Assembly: GCA_017962745.1 (NCBI GenBank)
Contig: JAGCUR010000013.1
Location: 1,046 to 65,045 of the forward strand
Direction: 5' to 3'
Length of the DNA: 64,000 bases
Origin: Bacilli bacterium
GTDB taxonomy: Bacteria; Bacillota_I; Bacilli_A; ML615J-28; CAG-698
Below are positions 21,526-30,536 of the stretch, one piece after another (position 1 is the stretch's first letter; each line of letters starts with the position of its first letter). The position numbers and the translations under genes were made by a program. The notes below the pieces were generated by a model, which was not told the origin of the DNA, ran no database searches, and was given only the letters and a program-made list of their open reading frames with translations.

Positions 21526-22381
21526 AGTATGCACCTAACAAATTATCATTATCGAATTCTTTAACACAGCAGTATCTACCGCCTCCGCAAAAGCAACTAA
21601 CGAGTACAGTTCCTGCAACACCAACAATAATAGCACCGGTGGCTTGCTTTCCCTCAATCGCCATTGTTGAGTAAATTCCATCTGAAGAATACCCAGATTT
21701 AAAACCCATTGTTCCATCTTTTGATATTGTGACACCATATACAACACCATTTTTTAATATAACATCGATTCCAGCTGTTTTTTTTGATTGATAAAGTTCA
21801 ATTTTTACAGAATCACCGATTGGAAATCCAGAGCCAAAATAGGTTGTATCATTTCCCCGATCAACAAATGAATATCGTCCACCGTAGTTTTCGTGACTTT
21901 CTCCAACTGTGAAGGTGATGTTAACTATAGTATTACCAAACAGTTCATTACTGATCAAAGAATGTGTATAATGTGTCCTATCTGATACGTTTATTACCAC
22001 GTGACAACTAAGTAACAAGCCACCATTTTGCTGAAATGCGCTTGTCATTTTTTTATTAGAGGATAATAAAAATATACCAGTTGTTCTTCTCGTTATAGTC
22101 ACACTTGAATTTTCATAAACCAAAAGTATAGGATTATTTAAACAATACGCATATAGATTTAATCCACCAGCTACATTAGCATTTAAGTAATCCACACTAT
22201 CATACGATATAAATCTACCCCAATTAGGATTATAATATCTAGTTTTTAAATAATATAAATTATTTTCATAATCTATATAATATGATTTATAAATAATATG
22301 ATTAATATTACTTAAATCAACGCCTGGTAAATGACTTACATCAATTATATTACCATATGCATCATAAGTATATTCTAACAC
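21518..22381 (-). CDS. orphan Rhs C-terminal toxin cassette (5'-truncated, no ATG; about 80 aa of conserved Rhs core end plus about 207-aa novel CT)
   Basis: First about 80 aa (VLEYTYDAYGNIID...RYYNPNWGRFISYDSVDYL...NLYAYCLN) are near-identical to residues of the large Rhs protein. The apparent start is GTG, which equals the Val of the parent sequence. Divergent tail with a C-terminal Gly/Cys-rich hydrophobic segment. Confidence 0.7.
   Translation of the reverse strand: MLEYTYDAYGNIIDVSHLPGVDLSNINHIIYKSYYIDYENNLYYLKTRYYNPNWGRFISYDSVDYLNANVAGGLNLYAYCLNNPILLVYENSSVTITRRTTGIFLLSSNKKMTSAFQQNGGLLLSCHVVINVSDRTHYTHSLISNELFGNTIVNITFTVGESHENYGGRYSFVDRGNDTTYFGSGFPIGDSVKIELYQSKKTAGIDVILKNGVVYGVTISKDGTMGFKSGYSSDGIYSTMAIEGKQATGAIIVGVAGTVLVSCFCGGGRYCCVKEFDNDNLLGAYYG
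22142..22381. repeat. about 240-bp direct repeat (copy 2) of the rhs core-end region, about 90% identical to 23841-24080
   Basis: Judged by direct DNA comparison of the two segments. Confidence 0.8.
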
Positions 22382-22437
22382 AATCTTTTTATATTTTTAA
22401 GATTTTGGCTTCATATTATTTGCAATTAAACATTGCA

Positions 22438-23310
22438 TTAATTGCGATTTGAAATATACTCATATCTTTCATCAGAAAAGACACTTTTATTAAAATAAAC
22501 AAATTGTATACTATTATTTTCTAAATCGTATTCATATACTATATCAGAAGTAAAAATGTTATTCAGGCCAAGCCGATAAATAAGTAAAATATGACCATAA
22601 GAAATATATATTTTACATGGCTTATATTCAACTTTTGACATATCTTCGCGGTATTGAGAGTTTTCAAAATAGTCATTATTAATGATAGTAACTTCGTCTG
22701 TCAAAAGATCTTTTATTTCAAAAGATTTTCTATCATCGGTAATTTTTACATCAATATTATATTTCTTTTTTTGCTCCTCATATCTAATATCTTCTAGATT
22801 GACGTTTTCGCCTTTTGAATAATTGTAATATCTTTTTTCTATCACATCATATACATCAATAATATTTGATTCATCTTTAGTACTATATAAAATATAAAAA
22901 CAATTATCAAAAGTCATATACTTTGGGTTCTTTTTTATTGATTCAGTGGTGTATAACTGATTTACTACATTATCAAGCATATTCATCGAATAAAAAGTTA
23001 TTTTTACATTTGACAAACCGCGCTCATATAAATAGAATACTTCATTTGATGTAAGAATTATTTGATTATTGTCATAAATCTTGTTTATAGCAAAAATTGA
23101 TTTTTCATATTCTCTATATTCAACAGAAGCACTTGTTATATCAGCTATATTTTCGTTATTTTCGTATTTTTCGAATATTTTTTCAATTTTGTCTTCAGTT
23201 CGATATCTTTTTTCATCTCTTATATATAGCCATAGTTCAAAAATTACAAATAGGATGCTTACTACTATTATTGGGAAAATTATAAAGTAAATCTTTTTCT
23301 TAATTGCCAT
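22438..23310 (-). CDS. candidate immunity protein for the main Rhs toxin (N-terminal TM anchor)
   Basis: 290 aa. AGGAGGG RBS. ATG overlaps the rhs 3' end by 31 nt. N-terminal TM FIIFPIIVVSILFVIFELWLY. I recognise no family. Confidence 0.6.
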   Translation of the reverse strand: MAIKKKIYFIIFPIIVVSILFVIFELWLYIRDEKRYRTEDKIEKIFEKYENNENIADITSASVEYREYEKSIFAINKIYDNNQIILTSNEVFYLYERGLSNVKITFYSMNMLDNVVNQLYTTESIKKNPKYMTFDNCFYILYSTKDESNIIDVYDVIEKRYYNYSKGENVNLEDIRYEEQKKKYNIDVKITDDRKSFEIKDLLTDEVTIINNDYFENSQYREDMSKVEYKPCKIYISYGHILLIYRLGLNNIFTSDIVYEYDLENNSIQFVYFNKSVFSDERYEYISNRN

Positions 23311-26300
23311 GGGTACCCTCCTATAAAATTGTAAAAATCTTGGGTTGCAGCAAAAGGATTAAAGTTCCAATAAAGAAGTTGCATACCAGCCGAACACACT
23401 ATTTCATCTATCTCTGTTCTCCCGATAATATCGTTATAAATTGTATGCCCCACATCCAAATCTTTAAATCGTGGATTTTTGGTCAAAGCGTATGCGATAT
23501 TATGACAAAGCCACTCAAACTCGACACCTATAGACGAGCCATCAATAATATCTCTCGTTTTTTCTTTAAAATAATTCAAATATATGCTGTATCCATATTT
23601 TATCCATGGGGTATGTATTTTTGACGAATCTTTCAAAGTCACATTACCATCTTTTACTATGATGTCGTCTTCTTCATTTATATTGCCCATAGCAATAATA
23701 TCCGATGTTGTTGATGCAACAGCGCCTATCATAGTGGCAATAGGATCTGCTAGTACTGCACCAATATACATAACGATCGTCCAAAATTTTCCCCAATCAA
23801 ATGTCCCTTCTGGATCGCAGCCATTTACAGGATCATTCAAGCAATATGCGTATAAATTTAATCCACTAGCTATATTAGCATTTAAGTAATCTACACTATC
23901 ATATGATATAAACCTACCCCAATTAGGATTATAATATCTAGTTTTTAAATAATATAAATTATTTTCATAATCTATATAATACGATTTATAAATAATATGG
24001 TTAATATTACTTAAATTAACGCCTGGTAAATGATTTACATCAATAATATTCCCATATGCATCATAAGTATATTCTAAAACAATATTACCAATGCTGTTAG
24101 AAATGTATTTAATTACTCCTAATATATCTTTAATATAGCAATATGTACTACCATTATATATAAAGCCATATACATTATTATCTTTATCATATAAATACTT
24201 AACAATATAAAAACTATTATTATTTAAATTTGTTATCTTTTCCCCAACTAAATTACCTTTAATATCATAAACATATTTAAATGATTTGTCATCAGTTACT
24301 TTTTTAATTCTTCTGCCTAAATGATCATAATCATAACTAATAGTACCATAGCTCTTTAGTTTCATCCCTTCCCAAGTTAAATTGGTATTGTTGATTGTTG
24401 ATGGGAGGGAATTGGTATAAGAATCATATGTGATGATTTCAATATCATTATTATTTTCATCTGTTATTCTAGTTAATGCATTTTTGTTTAGATTATCTTC
24501 ATATTTGTAATTTCGTGTATTAACAACAACATCGTTTACTTTAATCTCTCTTTTTAAAATGTTACCACTATTATCATATGTATATACTCTTTCTTGAGCA
24601 GAGTTTTGTTCTAAATTCTTGTCATGTGTTAAGTAACCTAATGCATTATATTCATATTGTTTAATAATATTATTATTTCTTTTGATCTTTTTTATTCGAT
24701 TCATTGAATCATATATGTATTCTAATGTCATATTATTATTTAAGTAAGATATGATTTCATTTTCAACTTTTGATGTTCCATTATAATCATATGCATATGA
24801 TGTCTTTTTGTAATTATATGTATTACATATAATTAGATTATCATCATGTATTATATTTCTTTTTGATAATCTATTTAGGCTATCATATTTATTTTCTAAT
24901 AATGAATGATTTAAGAACATCATATCGTTTTGTAAAGAACTGATACTTTTATATGTTCTATCGATGCATAGCATCTCAATAAAACCATCTAATGGCTCAC
25001 TTAAATCATTGGTATTACCTAACTGTAATTTTAAATAATTACTATCCAGATTTATACTTAATGCATAGTCGTCTATATAATTATTATTAAGTACAACTCT
25101 ATAATTAAATGTACCATTATTATAATAATACGAAAAAGCTAATGTATTTACATCATTATTAATAACTAAACTATTGCTAATTAAATTATTATTTAAATAT
25201 AGTTTATTATTAATTATTGATAATTTAATAGCTTGATTATCTGCAAATAATCTAAATAATGTTTTTGATTCAGCTTCATTAATATTATTCTCGTTTATTG
25301 TAAACCTTAATAAAATTGTACCTGAATTCGTTAAGCCTGTCTGATAAATTACTTTATTTTTATTTACGTATAGATTACATCTATGCGACTTTTTATTATA
25401 AATAAAGGAATTATCAATAAGTTCGTTATTATCTTTAGTTACATCAATTAAATCCACTTGCAAAGTATGCATATTTGGTAAAGTTTTAAAATCATTAAAT
25501 AATGGTAAAACTTTATAATTATCTAATAGCGATTGATTGAACAATGTAGTTGAAGTAAAGCCTGTGAATGTATAATTACCATCATATTCAATATTACCAA
25601 ATACATAGTTTAGACCAAAATATGATAATTCATATACGCCATTAAAGTTAATCCCTCTATGTGCAATAATCCCATATACATATAAATTAGCACCATAAGT
25701 TTGATTATCGGAAGTGCATCCAATTGAAAGTTTTTTAAATGTTACATTACTAACACTACAATTATAATCTTTATTGTTAATGAGTAAATGCAATGTATTA
25801 CTATCAAGCACTAAAGATATCGCATATATTTTATTAGTATCTAATTCAATATATTCATTGATTAACTGATTATTACCATAATTGCAACTTATATAATGAG
25901 TACTAGAATTATAAGTTACATATAGATTAATATCACTTGAACTTTTGAAAGATGCAATTATGCCTCCTGCTTTAATTTTTGAAAAGACTGTAACGCCATT
26001 AATTTGTTTATTTGTAATATCGTAAGTTAATCTAGTTTGCGTGCTTATAAGTTTTATTATTGAAACGCAGTGCTCACTAACAATTAAAGGGTTAACATTT
26101 GATGTAATAACATCTTCATCTATTCCCCCGTTATCGCCTTTATAAACTAAATTACTACTTTCTAAATCAAAAAAACACGAATAATTAGCATTATGATCAT
26201 TTGATCTTGCTAGCCTTATCTTTTCATAATAATGCTCAGGTGCAAATACATTGCTTTCTTTAGAATCAGTAAATGCTTGAAACGTCTCATTACTATCGTT

Positions 26301-28817
26301 AAATATCAAATTATATAATCTAATAATACTATTTGTATTATCACGAAGCATATTTGATACAATTTCGTTACTTTCAATTTCGCACAAATTATCTTCTTCA
26401 TCATATGCTAAATTAATGGTAGAATCATTTGTATTATTATGGATTTCTTTTAATCTATTATATGCATCATATAGAAAACTAAATTTACTAATATCTGTAC
26501 TAGTACCATGATCTCTATATTTTACTGTCGATAAATTATATTTGTTATCATAATCAAAAATGTATTTATCCCCATTATCACCATACTCTTTTGATTTAAT
26601 TAAAGATAGATGGGGAAGAGATGATGAATCTTCATTTACATATTTAATATTTATTAAACTTTTATATATAATCTGATAGGTATCATCATATATTAATCTT
26701 ACACTTGATAATCGATTATCATTATTATAAACGCTTTGTACCTCATTATCGCGTCTGTCAGTTAAAACATCAACTGCTAAATTAGATCCATAACTTATTA
26801 AATTTTGATCTTTAAGTACATCGTTGTCATCTTTGATGACTACGCTATTTAATAAATTCTTTTGATTATATGAATAAAAATATTGGCTACCATCTGGTAA
26901 TACCTTTCTTTCCACTAAATAATGTTTTGTCCCATTACTTTCATATTCTATTTGATAATCTTCTACTTTTTCTCTAGAAATGAATTCCCCATTTGATTCA
27001 TATTCATATTCTTTTCTTAGATATATTTTTCTATCTTTGAAAACAGATGCATCATACTCATGACTAGTTAATACTTCGTTTGTAACTTCGTTATAATTAT
27101 TGTATTGGTAATTTGTTTTATTGCCAAATAGCCCTGCTTGTTCTTCTATTAAATCATCACTCACTAAGTTATTATCTCTAGTAGCAATATAGTTATAATC
27201 ATAATGCGTTATATTATATTTTCCAAATGCACTAATTACTTTATTGTTTTCATTTATTAAATATTTAGTTTCGTTTTTACCAACTAATATATTCGTAATA
27301 TTATTGTTATTATCATAAGTATATGCAAAACCTGCTATTTGTTTAGTTAAACATATTGAATCAAATGTGTATGTGGCTCCACTTCCTTTTATAAAGAATA
27401 ATACTTTGATTTTGTCAAAACCAACTTCTGGATTAATCTCAAAAAAGAATAATTCTTTATAATCCGTGTTACTTGGCAACGCCTTAGAATAAGTTATCCA
27501 CTCATTGTTACCTTTTAATAATGATATTTTAACTGTCGCGCTAGTTCCTTCTACTTCACATTTAGTTAAACATCTAAATACATAAGTATCTAAAGGCGTA
27601 CCGCTAACATTAATTATTTGATATGTACTGCTTACAAAAGGTATGGAATTGTTTTGTATTTTTAATAGTTTTGAAGATGTTACATATTCATTATTGTAAT
27701 AATAATTAGCATCAGCATTATTTATATATGATACATTAGCATTATCAGACTGCCAAGATGGTGTACTTCCTTGGCAAAAACCATCACTTATTAAATTATT
27801 AATTTCTGTTTGATGTAAATAATTATTTTTAAAAGCATTTGATTTAAAAATAATATTTTTGCGTGAATCAAATCTTTGCCCTGCTATATATTTATTTGTA
27901 TCAATTATATGATTAATTAAATAATTATCATCAAAATAATAATGAGTATGCATATTATTATAACTAACAACTGTGTGATAATTATTTATTAAATTAATAG
28001 AGGTTACATCAAAAGTATTATCATTAGTGCCTCTACCTTCATATACTGTATATGTACCATTTGTTGGGTGTTCTACTAATATTCTTTCTTTTGTGATTGT
28101 ATTGTACATTTGATAAACCGGATCGAATGATAATTGTATATTATTAACTAGATTATTTGTTCCATTATTAATAATATAATAATTAATATTGTTTATATAA
28201 TTTGAAGAAAAAGTAATTATAACTTTGCGTACGTTTACATAATCTTTTCTAATTGTTGCTTCGAGTGCCCCATAAATCATTGGCATAAAATCTATTGCTT
28301 CACCATAATTATTATAAATAGATTCTATGTAGTCTTCATCATAACTGAAATGGATTTTATTAATTGTATTATTTCTATCTTCAATTAATATTAATTTGTA
28401 TGAAGAATCAAATGTATATACACTATCAATATAGACAATCTTTTTTTGATTGTTCTCTATTACCATATATGAAGCAAGGTCAATATTTTCATATCTATTA
28501 TTTTGATTGATGTAATCTTCTGTTGACATATCAGCGTTTGTAACTACATATTTATCATTTTGACTATCGTATGATAATTCTTTCATAATAGACAGTTTAC
28601 AACCAGTTTTAAAATTACAATCAACTTCATTGCTTGAGGAAGTATATATTAAAGATAAATTTATTGGAGATAATTTATAAGGGGAATTATAAAGGGGAAT
28701 TATAAAATGAAGATTATCAAAGTTTTTTGATAAATTAATATACGTGTTAGATCCATCGCTTATAGATGCATTGAAATATGTTCCATATGATTTGATACCT
28801 TGATTAGCCATAATCAT
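23280..28817 (-). CDS. Rhs / YD-repeat polymorphic toxin (1845 aa)
   Basis: Many YD-type repeats (YDxxGN..., YxYDxxGR...). Rhs core end RYYNPNWGRFISYDSV...NLYAYCLNDPVNGCDPEGT. A variable CT of about 175 aa follows. AGGAGT RBS. No signal peptide. Confidence 0.9.
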   Translation of the reverse strand: MIMANQGIKSYGTYFNASISDGSNTYINLSKNFDNLHFIIPLYNSPYKLSPINLSLIYTSSSNEVDCNFKTGCKLSIMKELSYDSQNDKYVVTNADMSTEDYINQNNRYENIDLASYMVIENNQKKIVYIDSVYTFDSSYKLILIEDRNNTINKIHFSYDEDYIESIYNNYGEAIDFMPMIYGALEATIRKDYVNVRKVIITFSSNYINNINYYIINNGTNNLVNNIQLSFDPVYQMYNTITKERILVEHPTNGTYTVYEGRGTNDNTFDVTSINLINNYHTVVSYNNMHTHYYFDDNYLINHIIDTNKYIAGQRFDSRKNIIFKSNAFKNNYLHQTEINNLISDGFCQGSTPSWQSDNANVSYINNADANYYYNNEYVTSSKLLKIQNNSIPFVSSTYQIINVSGTPLDTYVFRCLTKCEVEGTSATVKISLLKGNNEWITYSKALPSNTDYKELFFFEINPEVGFDKIKVLFFIKGSGATYTFDSICLTKQIAGFAYTYDNNNNITNILVGKNETKYLINENNKVISAFGKYNITHYDYNYIATRDNNLVSDDLIEEQAGLFGNKTNYQYNNYNEVTNEVLTSHEYDASVFKDRKIYLRKEYEYESNGEFISREKVEDYQIEYESNGTKHYLVERKVLPDGSQYFYSYNQKNLLNSVVIKDDNDVLKDQNLISYGSNLAVDVLTDRRDNEVQSVYNNDNRLSSVRLIYDDTYQIIYKSLINIKYVNEDSSSLPHLSLIKSKEYGDNGDKYIFDYDNKYNLSTVKYRDHGTSTDISKFSFLYDAYNRLKEIHNNTNDSTINLAYDEEDNLCEIESNEIVSNMLRDNTNSIIRLYNLIFNDSNETFQAFTDSKESNVFAPEHYYEKIRLARSNDHNANYSCFFDLESSNLVYKGDNGGIDEDVITSNVNPLIVSEHCVSIIKLISTQTRLTYDITNKQINGVTVFSKIKAGGIIASFKSSSDINLYVTYNSSTHYISCNYGNNQLINEYIELDTNKIYAISLVLDSNTLHLLINNKDYNCSVSNVTFKKLSIGCTSDNQTYGANLYVYGIIAHRGINFNGVYELSYFGLNYVFGNIEYDGNYTFTGFTSTTLFNQSLLDNYKVLPLFNDFKTLPNMHTLQVDLIDVTKDNNELIDNSFIYNKKSHRCNLYVNKNKVIYQTGLTNSGTILLRFTINENNINEAESKTLFRLFADNQAIKLSIINNKLYLNNNLISNSLVINNDVNTLAFSYYYNNGTFNYRVVLNNNYIDDYALSINLDSNYLKLQLGNTNDLSEPLDGFIEMLCIDRTYKSISSLQNDMMFLNHSLLENKYDSLNRLSKRNIIHDDNLIICNTYNYKKTSYAYDYNGTSKVENEIISYLNNNMTLEYIYDSMNRIKKIKRNNNIIKQYEYNALGYLTHDKNLEQNSAQERVYTYDNSGNILKREIKVNDVVVNTRNYKYEDNLNKNALTRITDENNNDIEIITYDSYTNSLPSTINNTNLTWEGMKLKSYGTISYDYDHLGRRIKKVTDDKSFKYVYDIKGNLVGEKITNLNNNSFYIVKYLYDKDNNVYGFIYNGSTYCYIKDILGVIKYISNSIGNIVLEYTYDAYGNIIDVNHLPGVNLSNINHIIYKSYYIDYENNLYYLKTRYYNPNWGRFISYDSVDYLNANIASGLNLYAYCLNDPVNGCDPEGTFDWGKFWTIVMYIGAVLADPIATMIGAVASTTSDIIAMGNINEEDDIIVKDGNVTLKDSSKIHTPWIKYGYSIYLNYFKEKTRDIIDGSSIGVEFEWLCHNIAYALTKNPRFKDLDVGHTIYNDIIGRTEIDEIVCSAGMQLLYWNFNPFAATQDFYNFIGGYPWQLRKRFTL
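23841..24080. repeat. about 240-bp direct repeat (copy 1) inside the rhs gene, homologous to 22142-22381
   Basis: Judged by direct DNA comparison. Encodes VLEYTYD...AYCLN. Confidence 0.8.
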
Positions 28818-28921
28818 TTACTCCTTTTTCTTTATAATAAAATTATACATTTATAATATTGCATATGTAAACATTATAAAAGAAAAACAATGACTATAGT
28901 TAGCCATTGTCTTTCTTTTTA

Positions 28922-30463
28922 TTAATCATCAGCACCAAGTGCATCTAATCCTTTAGCATTTTCACCAGTATCTTTTTTATGTGGTGCCTTTACAAAGAAG
29001 AATACAGCACCAGCTATACCCATTAGGGTAGCTGAGTAAATTGGTAAAGCAACCCAACTAGTTTTGATGAAGATGAAACCGATTAGAATTGGTGTAATCG
29101 ATTGAGCTAACATACTAGCTGTATAGTATAGTGAAGTAAATCTTCCAAGTTTATCTGATGTACAATAATCAGTTACAAGAGGGAATGAACAAATATGGAT
29201 TAATGATGATCCAAATCCGATTGCTGGTAACAATACGAAGAATAACCAAGGAAGGCTAGCTGCGAATGTTCCATGAGTATTTGATTCAGGAATTAATGAA
29301 TAGATGATGTAACATACACATACTAAGCAAATACCTGAGAATATTGTCCATTTACGACCAATCTTATCAGCTAAGAAACCAGCTGTTAAGAAACCGATGA
29401 TTGAAGCAGCACCTGATACAACTGTCATGATAGCTCCACCGGCACTAGATGTATCTAGCCAGAACATTACATAGTTTGTTTGGAATGTTTCTACGGCATT
29501 TAGTGACATGAACCAGAACATTTCTGCAATTAGAATTAACACTAAGTTACGCATATTGTTCTTTGATAGTTTTTCAGTAGTTGTAACTTGTTCTGCAGAT
29601 TCACCCATCGCATCACCAAGTTTGATTTCTTCATCAAGTTCTTCGTGTAATTTATTTTCTCTTACTTTAAATAATAAAAGAACTAAAGATCCTAGCAAGC
29701 AGACGCTGCAAACAATAAATGGGATTTCTAACATTAATAATGATCTATTAGAACCATCAATATATTTTGTAACTGGAATTACGATAGCTGCAACTGATCC
29801 AACTGCTCCACCAACATAACCAACGATATTGATAATACCATTAGCTCTACTTCTTAGTGGTTTTGGTGTTAAGTCTGGCATTAATGCAACAGCTGGTGAA
29901 CGATAACTCATCATGAAGATGATGATTAAGCACATCATTGCAACCATTCCGACAATCATTCCTAGCATAGCTGCGCTTTCAGCTGCCATTGCTTTAACGA
30001 AGAATAGTGGAACAAATGGTAGAACCATTGCTGTAACAACTGATCCTACGATGATAAATGGCATTCTCTTACCAAGTTTAGTTTTAGTCTTATCTGATAA
30101 GTTACCAAATATAGGCATAATGAATAAAGCAGCGATATTATCAAGTGCCATGATAATACCTACTTTCCATTGAATTTGTAAGTAATCTTGTTCAGTAATA
30201 AAGTTATGTGCTAGCAAGTCTTTCATTGTAGCATAACCGGCAGCAGCACCAGCTGCTACTTGATCAGCATAATCATGTCTAGCAAACATAAATGATAACA
30301 TTGGTGCACAATATGAATTATATAATTGCCATACAAGTAAAATACCAAAGAAGGCAAGTCCAATCCACATCGTACGTTTTAAATAATCTTTATTAAACGA
30401 TATCTTTTTTGTTTCTGTTATTTCCATAAACTCCTCCATAACATAACCATTATACCAATTCAC
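28922..30463 (-). CDS. MFS transporter (with long central cytoplasmic loop)
   Basis: 513 aa, at least 12 TM segments. A charged central loop of about 60 aa. Confidence 0.8.
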   Translation of the reverse strand: MNWYNGYVMEEFMEITETKKISFNKDYLKRTMWIGLAFFGILLVWQLYNSYCAPMLSFMFARHDYADQVAAGAAAGYATMKDLLAHNFITEQDYLQIQWKVGIIMALDNIAALFIMPIFGNLSDKTKTKLGKRMPFIIVGSVVTAMVLPFVPLFFVKAMAAESAAMLGMIVGMVAMMCLIIIFMMSYRSPAVALMPDLTPKPLRSRANGIINIVGYVGGAVGSVAAIVIPVTKYIDGSNRSLLMLEIPFIVCSVCLLGSLVLLLFKVRENKLHEELDEEIKLGDAMGESAEQVTTTEKLSKNNMRNLVLILIAEMFWFMSLNAVETFQTNYVMFWLDTSSAGGAIMTVVSGAASIIGFLTAGFLADKIGRKWTIFSGICLVCVCYIIYSLIPESNTHGTFAASLPWLFFVLLPAIGFGSSLIHICSFPLVTDYCTSDKLGRFTSLYYTASMLAQSITPILIGFIFIKTSWVALPIYSATLMGIAGAVFFFVKAPHKKDTGENAKGLDALGADD

Positions 30464-30536
30464 ACATAAAAAGACAAATCATTTAAGGGCAAATAACAAA
30501 AAAGGCAAGCTCCAGTTTGCCTTTTCTTATTATATA

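Noticed and set aside
22421-22448. Hairpin GCAATTAA...TTAATTGC between imm1 and the orphan CT, as a possible terminator
   Set aside because: It overlaps the imm1 stop codon and is not followed by a T-run on the transcribed strand. More likely incidental AT-rich symmetry.
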